From contig CAWJMT010000014.1 of NCBI GenBank assembly GCA_963844035.1, forward strand, positions 1-64,000: a stretch of 64,000 nt of DNA, read 5' to 3'. The stretch's first letter is position 1. Every line of letters starts with the position of its first letter. The translations under genes and the position numbers were made by a program. Positions 29,922 to 39,967 of the stretch are shown piece by piece. This stretch comes from an uncultured Gemmatimonadales bacterium. Lineage in GTDB: Bacteria; Gemmatimonadota; Gemmatimonadetes; Gemmatimonadales; GWC2-71-9. The notes below the pieces were generated by a model. The model was given only the letters and a program-made list of their open reading frames with translations, was not told the DNA's origin and searched no databases.

Positions 29922-31514
29922 TCAGGACGTACCCCTCGATCCCTTGCCGCGGCCGCGCGGCGTGAGCAGCGCCACCGGGAGGATGACTTCCTCGGGGCTC
30001 ACGCCGCCGTGCAGGAACGAGCCGCGGTACCGCGCCTGGTACTCGCGCAGCTTGGTCGGGTAGACGAAGAAGCGGTCGCCGGTAGCGAGCAGCAACCGGA
30101 CGCCCAGGCCCATCGGCGGCAGGCCGAACGATTTCAGGTCCTGCACCGAGATCGCCGCGTCGGATTCCTCGGGCCGCAGATCCTCGCCGAACTTGTAGCG
30201 CAGGTTGGACGTGGCGTCCCGTTTGGCGTAGACCGTTGCCGGGGTCTCGCAATGGATCGATCCGTGATCGGTGGTGAGCAGCACCGACACGCCGCGCCGC
30301 TCGGCTTCGCGCAACGCGGCCAGGATCGGCGAGCGTTCAAACCAGGTGCGCGTCACTCCCCGCAGCGCCGCGTCGTCGCGCGCCACCTCGAAGAGGATCG
30401 CGCTCTCCGAGCGACCGTGCGTCAGCTGGTCGATGAAGTTGAAGACCAACGCGGTGACGCCGTCCTGCGCGAGATGCGCCGGCAGACGGTGCAGCAGGTC
30501 CGCGCCGTCCGCGGCATTGAACAGCTTCTCGTACCGCACCGGCACCGGCCGCCCCATCAGCTCCTGCAGCTGCTCCGTCAGCAGCTCACTCTCGTGCGCG
30601 TTCAAGCTCTCGTCGTCCGACGCGTGCCCCCACCATGCCGGATAGCGGGAGGCGATCTCCATGGGAAACAAGCCGCTGAAGATCGCGTTGCGGGAGAACG
30701 GCGTGGCCGTGGGAAGGATGCTGAAGTAGTGGGACTCCTCGATCTCAAACAGGGGGTCGAGGAGGTCGCGCAAGGAATACCATTGGTCGAGCCGCAGGCA
30801 GTCGACCACGATCAGCAGGGCGCGCCCGTTCGCCTTCAACACCGGCACGAGAAATTCCGCTCCGACGTCGACCGAGAGCGGCGGCCGGTCACCCTCCGGA
30901 CTCGCCAGCCAGCGGGGATACTGGCGCTCGATGTAACTCGAGAAATCCTTCCGCAGGCTCTGTTGCAGCGTGCGCAGCGCGTCCGACAACCCCGGGACGC
31001 CCGCGTCCGAGAGACGCACGTCCCACCGGGCCAGCTCGGCCACAAGCTCGATCCACTCCCGCCAGCCGAGCGTGGCGCCGCGGCGCGCTTCGAGCTCGCG
31101 AAACCGCGTCACGAAGTCCCGCGCCATCCGCTGCTGGCGGATCACGTCGCCGTCGAGCAACCGCGTCACCACGGACAGCAGCTGGCGGGGATGGACCGGC
31201 TTGACGAGGTAGTCCGCGACGGCGAACCCGATCGCTTCACGCATCGTAGCGTCGTCTTCGCTCTGCGTGACCATCACCACCGGCATGGCGGGGTCGATCG
31301 CGCGGATTTCGCCGAGCAGCTCGAGCCCGCGGCGGCCGGGCATTTGCTCGTCGAGCAGCACCACGCTGTAAGGCTGGCGCCGGAGGAGGGCGAGGGCATC
31401 GTCACCGTGCGCCGCCTGCTCGACGGTAAAGCCCTGCCCCTCGAGGAAGCGGCGGTGTGCCGCGAGACCCTCGATCTCATCGTCCACCCAGAGGATACTC
31501 TTGGGACGCGGCAT
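29922..31514 (-). CDS. PorX-like response regulator with PglZ/alkaline-phosphatase domain
   Basis: Receiver (LWVDDE, LLDEQMPG, YLVKPV) followed by VDCLRLDQW, ILPTATPFSRNAIFSG, TTDHG, FLHGGVSPEE. Confidence 0.88.
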   Translation of the reverse strand: MPRPKSILWVDDEIEGLAAHRRFLEGQGFTVEQAAHGDDALALLRRQPYSVVLLDEQMPGRRGLELLGEIRAIDPAMPVVMVTQSEDDATMREAIGFAVADYLVKPVHPRQLLSVVTRLLDGDVIRQQRMARDFVTRFRELEARRGATLGWREWIELVAELARWDVRLSDAGVPGLSDALRTLQQSLRKDFSSYIERQYPRWLASPEGDRPPLSVDVGAEFLVPVLKANGRALLIVVDCLRLDQWYSLRDLLDPLFEIEESHYFSILPTATPFSRNAIFSGLFPMEIASRYPAWWGHASDDESLNAHESELLTEQLQELMGRPVPVRYEKLFNAADGADLLHRLPAHLAQDGVTALVFNFIDQLTHGRSESAILFEVARDDAALRGVTRTWFERSPILAALREAERRGVSVLLTTDHGSIHCETPATVYAKRDATSNLRYKFGEDLRPEESDAAISVQDLKSFGLPPMGLGVRLLLATGDRFFVYPTKLREYQARYRGSFLHGGVSPEEVILPVALLTPRGRGKGSRGTS

Positions 31515-31575
31515 CGTTGCCTAAGCTTAACACCCGACTGGCGAAGGCGGGCAACGCGACGCTAACATTGCCCGC

Positions 31576-32571
31576 GTGCTGTGCGTTCTCCTGGTCCGGT
31601 TCAGCTCGATCGGCGATATCCTGCTGGCCACGCCGCTCATTCGGGCGCTCGCCCGGCGCCATCCCGACGCGAAGCTGATCTTCGTCACCAAGCGATCCAT
31701 GGCACCCCTCGTGAACGAGCATCCCGGCGTCGCGGAGGTGGTGAGCCTCGAACCCGACGAGTCGATACGCCATCTGGCGCAGCGCCTCCGCGCACTGGCG
31801 CCGACCCACGGCCTCGACCTCCATTCGAGCCTGCGGAGTGCCGCGCTGCGGCTGCTCGTCCGCTGTCGCTGGTCGGGACATCCCAAGCACAAGCTGGAGC
31901 GCTCGGTCCTGATCTCCACCAAGGTGGACTGGTTCAGGAGGCCGGTTCCGGTGGCCGAGCGGTACTTTGCGGCCGCACGGGCGCTCGATGTTCACCCGGA
32001 TGGCCTGCCGCCGGAGTTCTTTCTGAGCCCCGCGGCGCGGGACCGGGTGGACCGATGGCTCGCCGAGCGGGAGCTGGGCACCGCGCCCCTCGCCGCGCTC
32101 GCACCGGGAGCGGCGCACGCCACCAAGCGCTGGCCGCTGGCCCACTGGATCGCGCTGGCGCAGCGGCTGCGGAGCGCCGGGTACGTGCCGGTTGCCGTGG
32201 GCGGACCCGACGACCGCGGCCTGGCGCGGCAGCTCGCGGAGGGCGGCATGGCCGAAAGCGCGGCGGGAGAGTTCACGCTGCAGGAAACCGGCGCGCTGCT
32301 CGCGCGCGCCCGGGTGCTGGTCTCGGGCGACACCGGCGTGATGCACATGGCGACGGGCGTGGGGACACCGGTCGTGGCGCTGTTCGGTCCCACCGTCGAG
32401 CAGTTCGGATTCTTCCCCTACCGTGCGCGGTCGATCGTGTTGCAACGCGAGCTGGCATGCCGCCCCTGCTCAGCGAGCGGCACGTCGGTCTGCCCGCTCG
32501 GCCACCATCGCTGCCTCGCCGACCTCGCCCCCGCCGAGGTCGCCGGTGCCGTGGAGCGCGCGGTGGCATGA
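31576..32571 (+). CDS. Glycosyltransferase family 9 (LPS heptosyltransferase)
   Basis: RFSSIGDI, PGAAHATKRWP, DTGVMHMA, ALFGPT, CRPCS. Confidence 0.9.
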   Translation: MLCVLLVRFSSIGDILLATPLIRALARRHPDAKLIFVTKRSMAPLVNEHPGVAEVVSLEPDESIRHLAQRLRALAPTHGLDLHSSLRSAALRLLVRCRWSGHPKHKLERSVLISTKVDWFRRPVPVAERYFAAARALDVHPDGLPPEFFLSPAARDRVDRWLAERELGTAPLAALAPGAAHATKRWPLAHWIALAQRLRSAGYVPVAVGGPDDRGLARQLAEGGMAESAAGEFTLQETGALLARARVLVSGDTGVMHMATGVGTPVVALFGPTVEQFGFFPYRARSIVLQRELACRPCSASGTSVCPLGHHRCLADLAPAEVAGAVERAVA

Positions 32572-32945
32572 TCCGGTCTACCACGCCGTGCGAGGAGCGG
32601 CTGATCTCCCTGGTTGCCGAAGCCGCCCGCGGTCCCAAGCGCGACGGGCTGTTCGCGCTCTGGCTCGTGGTGCGGGCGGCCGAAGGGACCCTGCCGCCGG
32701 CGCCCGTGTCGGGCCGCAACCACCGGCGCCGGCTACAGGCCCTGGCTGGCCGGCTCGCGACGCTGGCCCTGCCGGCGCCGCTGCAACGCGCGCTCACGGC
32801 AGCGCAGCATCACCTGGAGCCCGCGACGCCCGCTGCGGCGGCGCAGGTGCTGCTGCAGCTCGTGACGCCAGCCCGTGAGGTGCTCGGTCCGGAAGCCGGT
32901 GAGGCGGTTGCCGGTGCCGCCCGGGCTGCACGCCTACATTTATAG
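32568..32945 (+). CDS. Hypothetical protein
   Basis: ATG overlaps the GT9 stop; MIRSTTPCEERL..GLFALWL; helical, Ala-rich. Confidence 0.6.
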   Translation: MIRSTTPCEERLISLVAEAARGPKRDGLFALWLVVRAAEGTLPPAPVSGRNHRRRLQALAGRLATLALPAPLQRALTAAQHHLEPATPAAAAQVLLQLVTPAREVLGPEAGEAVAGAARAARLHL

Positions 32946-32949
32946 ACGC

Positions 32950-33822
32950 ATGTCGACCCGCCGCCTTCCGAAACCCCCGTCGCTCGAGTCCATCGTGGAG
33001 CGCGTGGATCAACAGCGCCCCGGAGAAATCACGGGTGACACCGTGCCGACGGGATTCCCCTCACTCGACATCCTGCTCGGCGGAGGCCTGCGGCGCCGCG
33101 ATCTGGTGCTGCTGGGCGGGGACATCGGCTCGGGCAAATCGGCGCTGGCGCTCGGCCTCGCCCTGCGCGTGGCGCAACAGGGCCTGGGCGTCGCGTTCCT
33201 TTCGGGTGAGATGGACGAAGGACGCCTGATGGAGCGCGCGCTCGCCATCGAGGGGCGCGCCGCCGTGGACGAGCTGCGCACCGCCACCCTCAACGAGCAA
33301 GCGCGCGCGGGCGTCGGGGCCGCGGTGGTGCGGCTGCGGGGGCTGCCGCTCGCGATGCTCCCCCTCGCTGCACCCGATTTCGAGACCACGGCCGAGCGAC
33401 TGGACTCGCTCCGCCAGCTCGCCCTGGTCATCGTGGACTACCTGCAGCTCGTGCCCCCGCCTGCGGGTCAAGCGCGGCAGACCCAGGACGAAGACGCGGC
33501 GGTGATTCTGCGCCGGCTCAAGGCGCTCGCGCTCGAGCGCCAGGTGGCGGTGGTGGTGGTCTCACAACTCCCCCGGCTGGACGCGACACGCGAGAACCCG
33601 CGGCCTACGCTGGACGATTTCGGTCACCTGGGTGCGACCAAACAGCACGCCGACGTCGTGCTGTCGATCTTCCGCGAGGACATGTACCATCCGGGCGGCG
33701 GGGTGGACGGCGCGACCGAGCTGATCGTGGCGAAGAACCGCAACGGCCCGACGGGGTTCGTGGACTTCTACTTCTACCGGCGTTGGATGCGGTTCGAGGA
33801 CGTGCTCGACCCCGATCGCTGA
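32950..33822 (+). CDS. DnaB-like helicase C-terminal (RecA-fold) domain protein lacking the N-terminal domain
   Basis: VPTGFPSLD, GDIGSGKS, SGEM, VDYLQL, SQLPR, KQHADVV, AKNRNGPTG. Confidence 0.85.
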   Translation: MSTRRLPKPPSLESIVERVDQQRPGEITGDTVPTGFPSLDILLGGGLRRRDLVLLGGDIGSGKSALALGLALRVAQQGLGVAFLSGEMDEGRLMERALAIEGRAAVDELRTATLNEQARAGVGAAVVRLRGLPLAMLPLAAPDFETTAERLDSLRQLALVIVDYLQLVPPPAGQARQTQDEDAAVILRRLKALALERQVAVVVVSQLPRLDATRENPRPTLDDFGHLGATKQHADVVLSIFREDMYHPGGGVDGATELIVAKNRNGPTGFVDFYFYRRWMRFEDVLDPDR

Positions 33823-34241
33823 GCCGCGACGGAGTCGTGAACGGAGTCGGTGGGCAGCTCCGTGCCAATGAGGGTGTACGTGGTGCTCGACCCTCCGTCG
33901 CTGGACTTGAGCGTGATCCACAACGGGCGCTGGCCCTGCAGCGCCAAGATGGCCACGCTGCCGTCCTTCATTACGGCGTCATTCTGCAGGTCCCACCCGT
34001 TCAGGCGCAGCATCTGGCGGTACCAGGTCGCCACCACCGACACGGGTGCCGGGGCGGAGAACGTTACCTGGGCCGCATCCGACCCCCGATTCACGTTGAC
34101 GACGGACGACTGCGGATACATGAGCACGCCGTGCAGCACGTTGGCGGCGAACTCGCGGTCCTGCTGTGACTCGGGCGCGCGGTCGCGTTGGCACGCCACG
34201 CACAGGATGGCCAAGATCAGCGATGCCGAGAGGCGTAACAT
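33774..34241 (-). CDS. Putative lipoprotein
   Basis: Signal peptide with lipobox-like LCVAC; WYRQMLRLNGW; 3' end overlaps the convergent gene and is uncertain. Confidence 0.6.
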   Translation of the reverse strand: MLRLSASLILAILCVACQRDRAPESQQDREFAANVLHGVLMYPQSSVVNVNRGSDAAQVTFSAPAPVSVVATWYRQMLRLNGWDLQNDAVMKDGSVAILALQGQRPLWITLKSSDGGSSTTYTLIGTELPTDSVHDSVAAQRSGSSTSSNRIQRR

Positions 34242-34295
34242 TGTCGCGTATCCTAGCGGCTGGCGCTAAGACGCCGGGCAAGTTGTAGTCTGAGG

Positions 34296-34344
34296 ATGAC
34301 AGCTACGACGGTATGACGGCGAAGTTAGACGGCACGACGGCACG
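34296..34344. repeat. A(C/T)GACGGC octamer tandem repeats
   Basis: atgacagct-acgacggt-atgacggc-gaagtt-agacggc-acgacggc; a lone ctaagacgc unit just upstream (~34266). Confidence 0.5.
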
Positions 34345-34409
34345 TTGGCTCGTGAACGTCAGGCAACATGCCTCGTGCAGACGTGGAACGTGTTTTCGAG
34401 AGTCCGCGC

Positions 34410-35159
34410 ATGGCCGGTCATAGCAAATGGAAGCAAATCAAGCGCAAAAAGGCGGTCACCGACGCCAAGCGCGGTGCCGCGTTCACCAAGGTGATCCGAG
34501 AGATCACGATCGCCGCCCGCCAGGGCGGCGGGGATCCCGCCGGGAACGCCCGGTTGCGCACCGCCATTGATGCCGCCAAGGCCGAGAACATGCCGCTCGA
34601 AAACATCGAGCGAGCGATCAAGAAGGGCACCGGTGAGCTCGAAGGGGTCCAGTACGAGGAAGTATTGTACGAGGGCTACGGCCCGGGCGGCGCGGCGATC
34701 CTGATCGAAGCGACCACCGATAACCCGACGCGCACGGTCGCCGAGATCCGGCACGTGTTCACGCGGCTGAACGGCAACCTGGGCGCCACCAACTCGGTGG
34801 CTTGGATGTTCGACCGCCGGGCGCAGATCATGGTCGATGCGGGCCGCGCCGACGAGGATGCGACCATGGAGGCGGCGCTCGACGCCGGGGCGGACGACAT
34901 GACGCGCGACGGGGACTCCTTCCTGATCACGGCACCCATCACGCGGATCCACGCGGTCCAGGACGCGCTCAAGGCCAAGAAGATCCAGGTCCAGAGCGCA
35001 GAAATCGCCCTGATTCCGAAGAACACCGTAAAGGTCGAGGGCAAGGACGCGGCGAGCCTCCTCAAGCTGATCGAGGCCCTGGAAGAGATGGACGACGTCG
35101 CGAAGGTCCACTCCAACTTCGACATTGACGCCGAGGCGATGGCGGCGGTGACGGGGTGA
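34410..35159 (+). CDS. yebC: YebC/PmpR family protein
   Basis: MAGHSKW, GNARLR, YEGYGPGG, TDNPTRT, DDVAKVHSN. Confidence 0.95.
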   Translation: MAGHSKWKQIKRKKAVTDAKRGAAFTKVIREITIAARQGGGDPAGNARLRTAIDAAKAENMPLENIERAIKKGTGELEGVQYEEVLYEGYGPGGAAILIEATTDNPTRTVAEIRHVFTRLNGNLGATNSVAWMFDRRAQIMVDAGRADEDATMEAALDAGADDMTRDGDSFLITAPITRIHAVQDALKAKKIQVQSAEIALIPKNTVKVEGKDAASLLKLIEALEEMDDVAKVHSNFDIDAEAMAAVTG

Positions 35160-35160
35160 C

Positions 35161-35637
35161 GTGAAGGTGTTGGGGGTCGACCCTGGCACGTCCGTCACCG
35201 GCTACGGCGTGATCGAAACCGGGAACGGCGCACCCGCGATGGGCCGGCTGATCGAGTGCGGCGTCTTCACCTTCAGCCCCAAGAGCGCCCTCCCCCGCCG
35301 GCTCCACGAACTGCACGGTCACATCGCCCAGCTCATCACCCGCCACCAACCGACGGCGCTGGCGCTCGAAAAGGCGTTCTACCAGAAGAACGTGCGGACC
35401 ACACTCGTCCTCGGGCACGCTCGCGGGGTGATCCTGCTCGCGGCTGAAGCCGCGGGGCTCGAGATCGCCGAGTACTCGCCGGCCCGCGTGAAGAAAACCG
35501 TCACCGGCGCCGGCGCCGCTCCGAAGGCGCAGGTCGCCGCCATGGTCGCCCGGCTGCTCAAGCTGGCACATGCTCCCAGGCCCGCGGACGCAGCGGACGG
35601 TGTGGCGATCGCGCTCACGCACATCCTGCGATCATGA
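35161..35637 (+). CDS. ruvC: Crossover junction endodeoxyribonuclease
   Basis: LGVDPG, LGHARG, KAQV, DAADGVAIA. Confidence 0.96.
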   Translation: MKVLGVDPGTSVTGYGVIETGNGAPAMGRLIECGVFTFSPKSALPRRLHELHGHIAQLITRHQPTALALEKAFYQKNVRTTLVLGHARGVILLAAEAAGLEIAEYSPARVKKTVTGAGAAPKAQVAAMVARLLKLAHAPRPADAADGVAIALTHILRS

Positions 35638-36230
35638 TCGCGCTCGTGAGCGGCCGTCTGGCGGCGAAGCATGCCGATCGCGTGGTGATTCACACGCCGG
35701 GCGGGGTGGGCTACGAAGTCGTCGTGCCGCTGGGCGTGATGGCGGGGCTCCCGGGTCCGGGTGAAGCGGTGACCCTCGCGACCGAGCTGGTCGTGCGCGA
35801 GGACGGATGGGCCCTGTACGGTTTCGCCGACGAGGCGGAGCGGCGGTTCTTCCAGCGCCTCATCGGCGTTGCCGGGGTGGGACCGAAGATCGCGATCGCG
35901 TTGCTGTCCGCGCTGGGACTCGAGCGCGGGGTCCGCGCCGTGAAGGAGCGCAACATTGCCCTCCTGTCCTCCGTCAGCGGCATCGGGAAGAAAACCGCGG
36001 AGCGGCTGGCGCTTGAACTCGCCGACAAGCTCGGCGAGCTTGAGGTGACGGCCGGGCCCGCTCCGTACGCGGGCGGCGGCGCGGCGGAGTCGGCGCTCAA
36101 GGCGCTCGAGCGGCTGGGGTACGCCACGCCCGAGGCCGAACGGGCGCTGCGCGAGGTGCTCGCCACCGACGGCGACGGCGAGGCCGAAACCCTGGTGCGC
36201 CGGACGCTGCAACTTCTCACCAACGGATGA
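35634..36230 (+). CDS. ruvA: Holliday junction branch migration protein A
   Basis: GGVGYEV, VREDGWALYGF, GVGPKIA, GIGKKTAERL. Confidence 0.96.
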   Translation: MIALVSGRLAAKHADRVVIHTPGGVGYEVVVPLGVMAGLPGPGEAVTLATELVVREDGWALYGFADEAERRFFQRLIGVAGVGPKIAIALLSALGLERGVRAVKERNIALLSSVSGIGKKTAERLALELADKLGELEVTAGPAPYAGGGAAESALKALERLGYATPEAERALREVLATDGDGEAETLVRRTLQLLTNG

Positions 36231-36412
36231 CGATGGCGACGACCGCTGAGTGGCTCTGCACGCGTTGCGGCTCGACCAACCGGAAGCTGGTGCCCGATCG
36301 CGCCACCCGGGCGTCGGACGAGTGCGTCACCTGTCACGCGCGCCACGAGCTCGAGGCCGATCCGCGCCCGGTGCGGTGGCGCGCGCGGCCCACCGGGACC
36401 AAAGCAGCGTGA
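36227..36412 (+). CDS. Small zinc-ribbon-like protein
   Basis: [10 protein letters not shown]...CVTCH; start overlaps the ruvA stop and stop overlaps the ruvB start. Confidence 0.7.
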   Translation: MTMATTAEWLCTRCGSTNRKLVPDRATRASDECVTCHARHELEADPRPVRWRARPTGTKAA

Positions 36413-37446
36413 CGACCGCCCGGGCGCAAATCACCACGCCCGAACCGCTGGCCGACGAGCGCAGCGCGGACGCCGCATTGCGCCCCTCCCGGCTCGACGA
36501 ATTCGTCGGGCAGGCGAAAGTGAAGGAATCCCTCCAGATCGCGATCGACGCGGCGAAGCAGCGCCACGAGCCGCTCGACCACACGCTGTTCTTCGGCCCG
36601 CCGGGCCTCGGCAAGACGACGCTGGCGCTGCTCATGGCCCGGGAGATGGGCGTGAACATTCGCACGACCTCGGGACCGGTGCTCGAGCGGCCCGGCGACC
36701 TGGTCGGCCTGCTCACGTCGCTCAAGGCGGGCGACATCCTGTTCATCGACGAGGTGCACCGGCTGCGTCCCGCGCTGGAGGAATTCCTCTACCCCGCCAT
36801 GGAGGAGTATCGCGTGGACGTGCGCATCGCAGACGGCCAGCACGCCCAGACGATTCCGATGGCGCTCGAGCGGTTCACGCTCATCGGGGCGACGACGCGC
36901 TTCGGCCTGCTCACGCCGCCGATGCGGGCGCGGTTTGGCCTCGTGGAGCGGCTGTCGTACTATCCCGCCGACGACCTCGCCCAGATCATCGCGCGCTCGG
37001 CCGGGATCCTGGACGTGCCGGCCGACGTCGCGGGGATCGCGGAGGTGGCGCGGCGGAGCCGCGGCACCCCGCGCGTCGCCAACCGGCTCCTGAAGCGCGT
37101 GCGTGACTACGCCCAGGTGCGCGCCGGAGGCAGGATCACCGCGGCGGTCGCCGCGGAGGCGCTGAAGCGGCTCGACGTGGACGAATTCGGGCTCGACGAC
37201 ATGGACGGCCGGATCCTGAAGTGCATCATCGAACAGTTCGACGGTGGACCCGTCGGACTCACCACGATCGCCGCCGCCGTTGGAGAAGACCCGGGCACGC
37301 TGGAAGAGGTGTACGAGCCGTTCCTCATGCAGCAGGGCTTTCTCTCGCGGACCCCGCGCGGCCGCTGCGCCACGAGCGCCGCGTACAGACACTTCGGCTT
37401 TACCCCGCCCAAGAGCGCGGAGCAGGCATCGATCTTCGAGACGTAG
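36409..37446 (+). CDS. ruvB: Holliday junction branch migration helicase B
   Basis: [49 protein letters not shown]. Confidence 0.98.
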   Translation: MTTARAQITTPEPLADERSADAALRPSRLDEFVGQAKVKESLQIAIDAAKQRHEPLDHTLFFGPPGLGKTTLALLMAREMGVNIRTTSGPVLERPGDLVGLLTSLKAGDILFIDEVHRLRPALEEFLYPAMEEYRVDVRIADGQHAQTIPMALERFTLIGATTRFGLLTPPMRARFGLVERLSYYPADDLAQIIARSAGILDVPADVAGIAEVARRSRGTPRVANRLLKRVRDYAQVRAGGRITAAVAAEALKRLDVDEFGLDDMDGRILKCIIEQFDGGPVGLTTIAAAVGEDPGTLEEVYEPFLMQQGFLSRTPRGRCATSAAYRHFGFTPPKSAEQASIFET

Positions 37447-38495
37447 TGCACCGCACCTCAGACTTCGACTACAAACTCCCCCCGGAGCGCATTGCGCAGG
37501 ATCCCCTGCCCGACCGCGCGGCCAGCCGCCTCCTCGTGCTCGATCGCGCCGGCGGCGCCATCCGTCACACGCGCTTCCCTTCCATTCTCGATCTCCTGGC
37601 GCCCGCGGACGTGCTCGTGGTGAATGAGTCCCGCGTCATACCCGCAAGGCTCAGGGGGACGAGGGACGGGGGAAGGGGGACGGGTAATACCGGCGCTCAG
37701 GCGGAGATCCTGCTCGTGCGCGAACTGTCCGACGGCACGTGGCTAGCGATGGGACATCCCGGCGGGAAGCTGAAGCCGGGGCGCCGCGTAACGATCGGTG
37801 AGGACTGCGTGATCGAGATCGTCGCGGTACAGGGAGGCGGGTTGCGACAGGTGCGGTTCGTCGGGCCGCTCGATGCCCGGGCGGCCCTCGCGCGCTACGG
37901 CGAAGTCCCACTCCCTCCATATATCCGGCGCACACCCCGGCCCGACGACCGCGACCGCTATCAGACGGTCTATGCACAACACGACGGCAGCGTGGCGGCA
38001 CCGACGGCGGGGCTGCATTTCACTCCTGCGCTGCTCGAGCGCGTGAAGGCGGCGGGCACCGCGGTCGCGACGCTCGACCTCCATGTCGGCCCCGGCACCT
38101 TCAAGCCGGTGGAGAACGAGGACCTGGCGGCGCATGCAATGCATGCCGAGCAGTACGCTGTGGGTGCCAGCGCCGCTGAGCTGATCAATGCGAGGCGGCA
38201 AGCCGGAGGCCGGGTGTGGGCGGTGGGTACCACGGTCGTGCGGACGCTCGAGACGGTGGCCGACGCGGATGGACGGATCCGGCCGGGGACCGGCGAAACG
38301 AACATCTTCATCTACCCACCGTACGCATTTCGCGCGGTGGACAGAATCCTGACCAACTTCCACCTTCCCCGCTCGACACTGCTCATGCTGGTGTGCGCCT
38401 TCGGCGGATACGATCTGGTGATGCAGGCATATCGGGACGCAGTAAAGGAAGAATATCGGTTCTATTCGTACGGGGATGCGATGGTGATCGTGTAA
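37446..38495 (+). CDS. queA: SAM:tRNA ribosyltransferase-isomerase
   Basis: DFDYKLP..IAQ, PLPPYI, YQTVYA, AAPTAGLHF, VGTTVVR, TNFHLPRSTL, YRFYSYGDAM. Confidence 0.97.
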   Translation: MHRTSDFDYKLPPERIAQDPLPDRAASRLLVLDRAGGAIRHTRFPSILDLLAPADVLVVNESRVIPARLRGTRDGGRGTGNTGAQAEILLVRELSDGTWLAMGHPGGKLKPGRRVTIGEDCVIEIVAVQGGGLRQVRFVGPLDARAALARYGEVPLPPYIRRTPRPDDRDRYQTVYAQHDGSVAAPTAGLHFTPALLERVKAAGTAVATLDLHVGPGTFKPVENEDLAAHAMHAEQYAVGASAAELINARRQAGGRVWAVGTTVVRTLETVADADGRIRPGTGETNIFIYPPYAFRAVDRILTNFHLPRSTLLMLVCAFGGYDLVMQAYRDAVKEEYRFYSYGDAMVIV

Positions 38496-38498
38496 CGA

Positions 38499-39630
38499 AT
38501 GTTCGAGTTCGCGATAGAAGCCGGACCTCCGGTGCTCCGCCCGCGCCGGCACGCTCACCCTGCCTCACGGCACAGTGGAGACTCCGGCGTTCATGCCGGT
38601 GGGCACGCAGGGAACGGTGCGCGCGCTCTCGCCCGCCGACCTGAAGGCGGTCGGGGCCTCCATGGTGCTCGCCAACACCTATCACCTGCACGTGCGGCCG
38701 GGCGAGACGGTCGTCGCCAATCTCGGCGGCCTGCACCGCTTCATGGCCTGGGACCGGCCCCTGCTCACCGACTCCGGCGGCTTCCAGGTGTTCTCGCTCG
38801 AAGGGTCGCGGCGCATCTCGGAAGATGGCGTGCAGTTCCAGAGCCACGTGGACGGCAGTCACCGCACCCTGACTCCGGAGCGCGCCGTAGAAATCCAGTG
38901 GACCCTGGGTGCCGACGTAGCCATGGCGTTCGACCACGTGCCGGCCGGCGGTGCCGATGCCGCGACCGCACGCGACGCGATGGAGCGGACGGCGCGATGG
39001 CTGGATCGGTGTGCGAAGAGACACGAAGAACTGAGGCGGGAAGACCGCCAGACGCTGTGGCCCATCCTTCAAGGCGGCTCCCATCTCGATCTCCGTACCG
39101 AATCCCTCCAGCGCACCATCGACCTCGGTCCCTGGACCGGCCTCGCGGTCGGCGGCCTCTCGGTGGGTGAGCCCAAGGCGGTGATGCTGGGCGTCCTCGA
39201 GACACTGGAACCTCGGCTGCCCCCCGTTCTCCCGCGTTATCTTATGGGCGTGGGGTTCCCCGGGGACCTGGTGGCGGCGGTGGAGCGCGGGATCGACTTG
39301 TTCGATTGCGTCGCGCCTACGCGGAACGGCCGCAACGGCTCCGCGTTCACGGCCGACGGACCGGTCAACCTCCGCAATGCCGAGCACCGTGAGGACCCGC
39401 GGCCGCTCGATGCAACGTGCGACTGCGAGACGTGTACGACGTTCTCGCGCGGCTACCTGCGGCATCTGTTTGCGGCCGAGGAGCTGCTGGGCCTGCGGCT
39501 CCTGTCGCTGCACAACGTTCGTTTCCTGATTCGGCTCGCCGGAGCGATGCGGACGGCGATCCGCGCGGGGGACTTCCCGCGGTGGGCCGCCGAATGGCGC
39601 CGCCGCTATCCTCAACCGGGAACCGCCTGA
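38499..39630 (+). CDS. tgt: tRNA-guanine transglycosylase (frameshift near ~38530)
   Basis: TPAFMPVGT, NTYHL, TDSGGFQVFSL, GGLSVGE, YLMGVG, DCVAPTR, CDCETC..H. Confidence 0.96.
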
Positions 39631-39631
39631 C

Positions 39632-39967
39632 ATGCACGGATTGCTCGCGCTGCTCTTCGCCCCCTCCGGTCAATCCGGCGGCGGTGGCGTCTATGTGTTT
39701 GCGATTCAGATCGCGGCGTTCATCGCCATCTTCTATTTCCTCCTCATCCGGCCCCAGCGGAAACAGCAGGCGGACCATCGCAAGCTGCTGGCCTCCCTGC
39801 AGAAGGGCGACCAGATCGTGACCTCCGGCGGCATCATCGGTGAGGTGATCCACCTCAAGGACACCGAAGTGACGATCAAGTCGGGCGAATCCCGCCTCGT
39901 GGTGATGCGGACCAATGTCGCCAACGTCGTCAACCGGTCCACCGCGGTCGAGGTGAAGCAGGCGTGA
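39632..39967 (+). CDS. yajC: Preprotein translocase subunit
   Basis: FYFLLIRPQRK, GDQIVTSGGIIG. Confidence 0.95.
   Translation: MHGLLALLFAPSGQSGGGGVYVFAIQIAAFIAIFYFLLIRPQRKQQADHRKLLASLQKGDQIVTSGGIIGEVIHLKDTEVTIKSGESRLVVMRTNVANVVNRSTAVEVKQA

Noticed and set aside
29550..31565. Long antisense or alternate-frame ORFs (e.g. 29550..31565+, 50356..52449+, 60918..62756+, 13272..15143-)
   Set aside because: Shadow ORFs expected in high-GC DNA opposite well-supported genes; no motifs
36227..36412. CVTCH as a haem c attachment site
   Set aside because: No signal peptide, and a second CxxC fits a cytoplasmic zinc ribbon better
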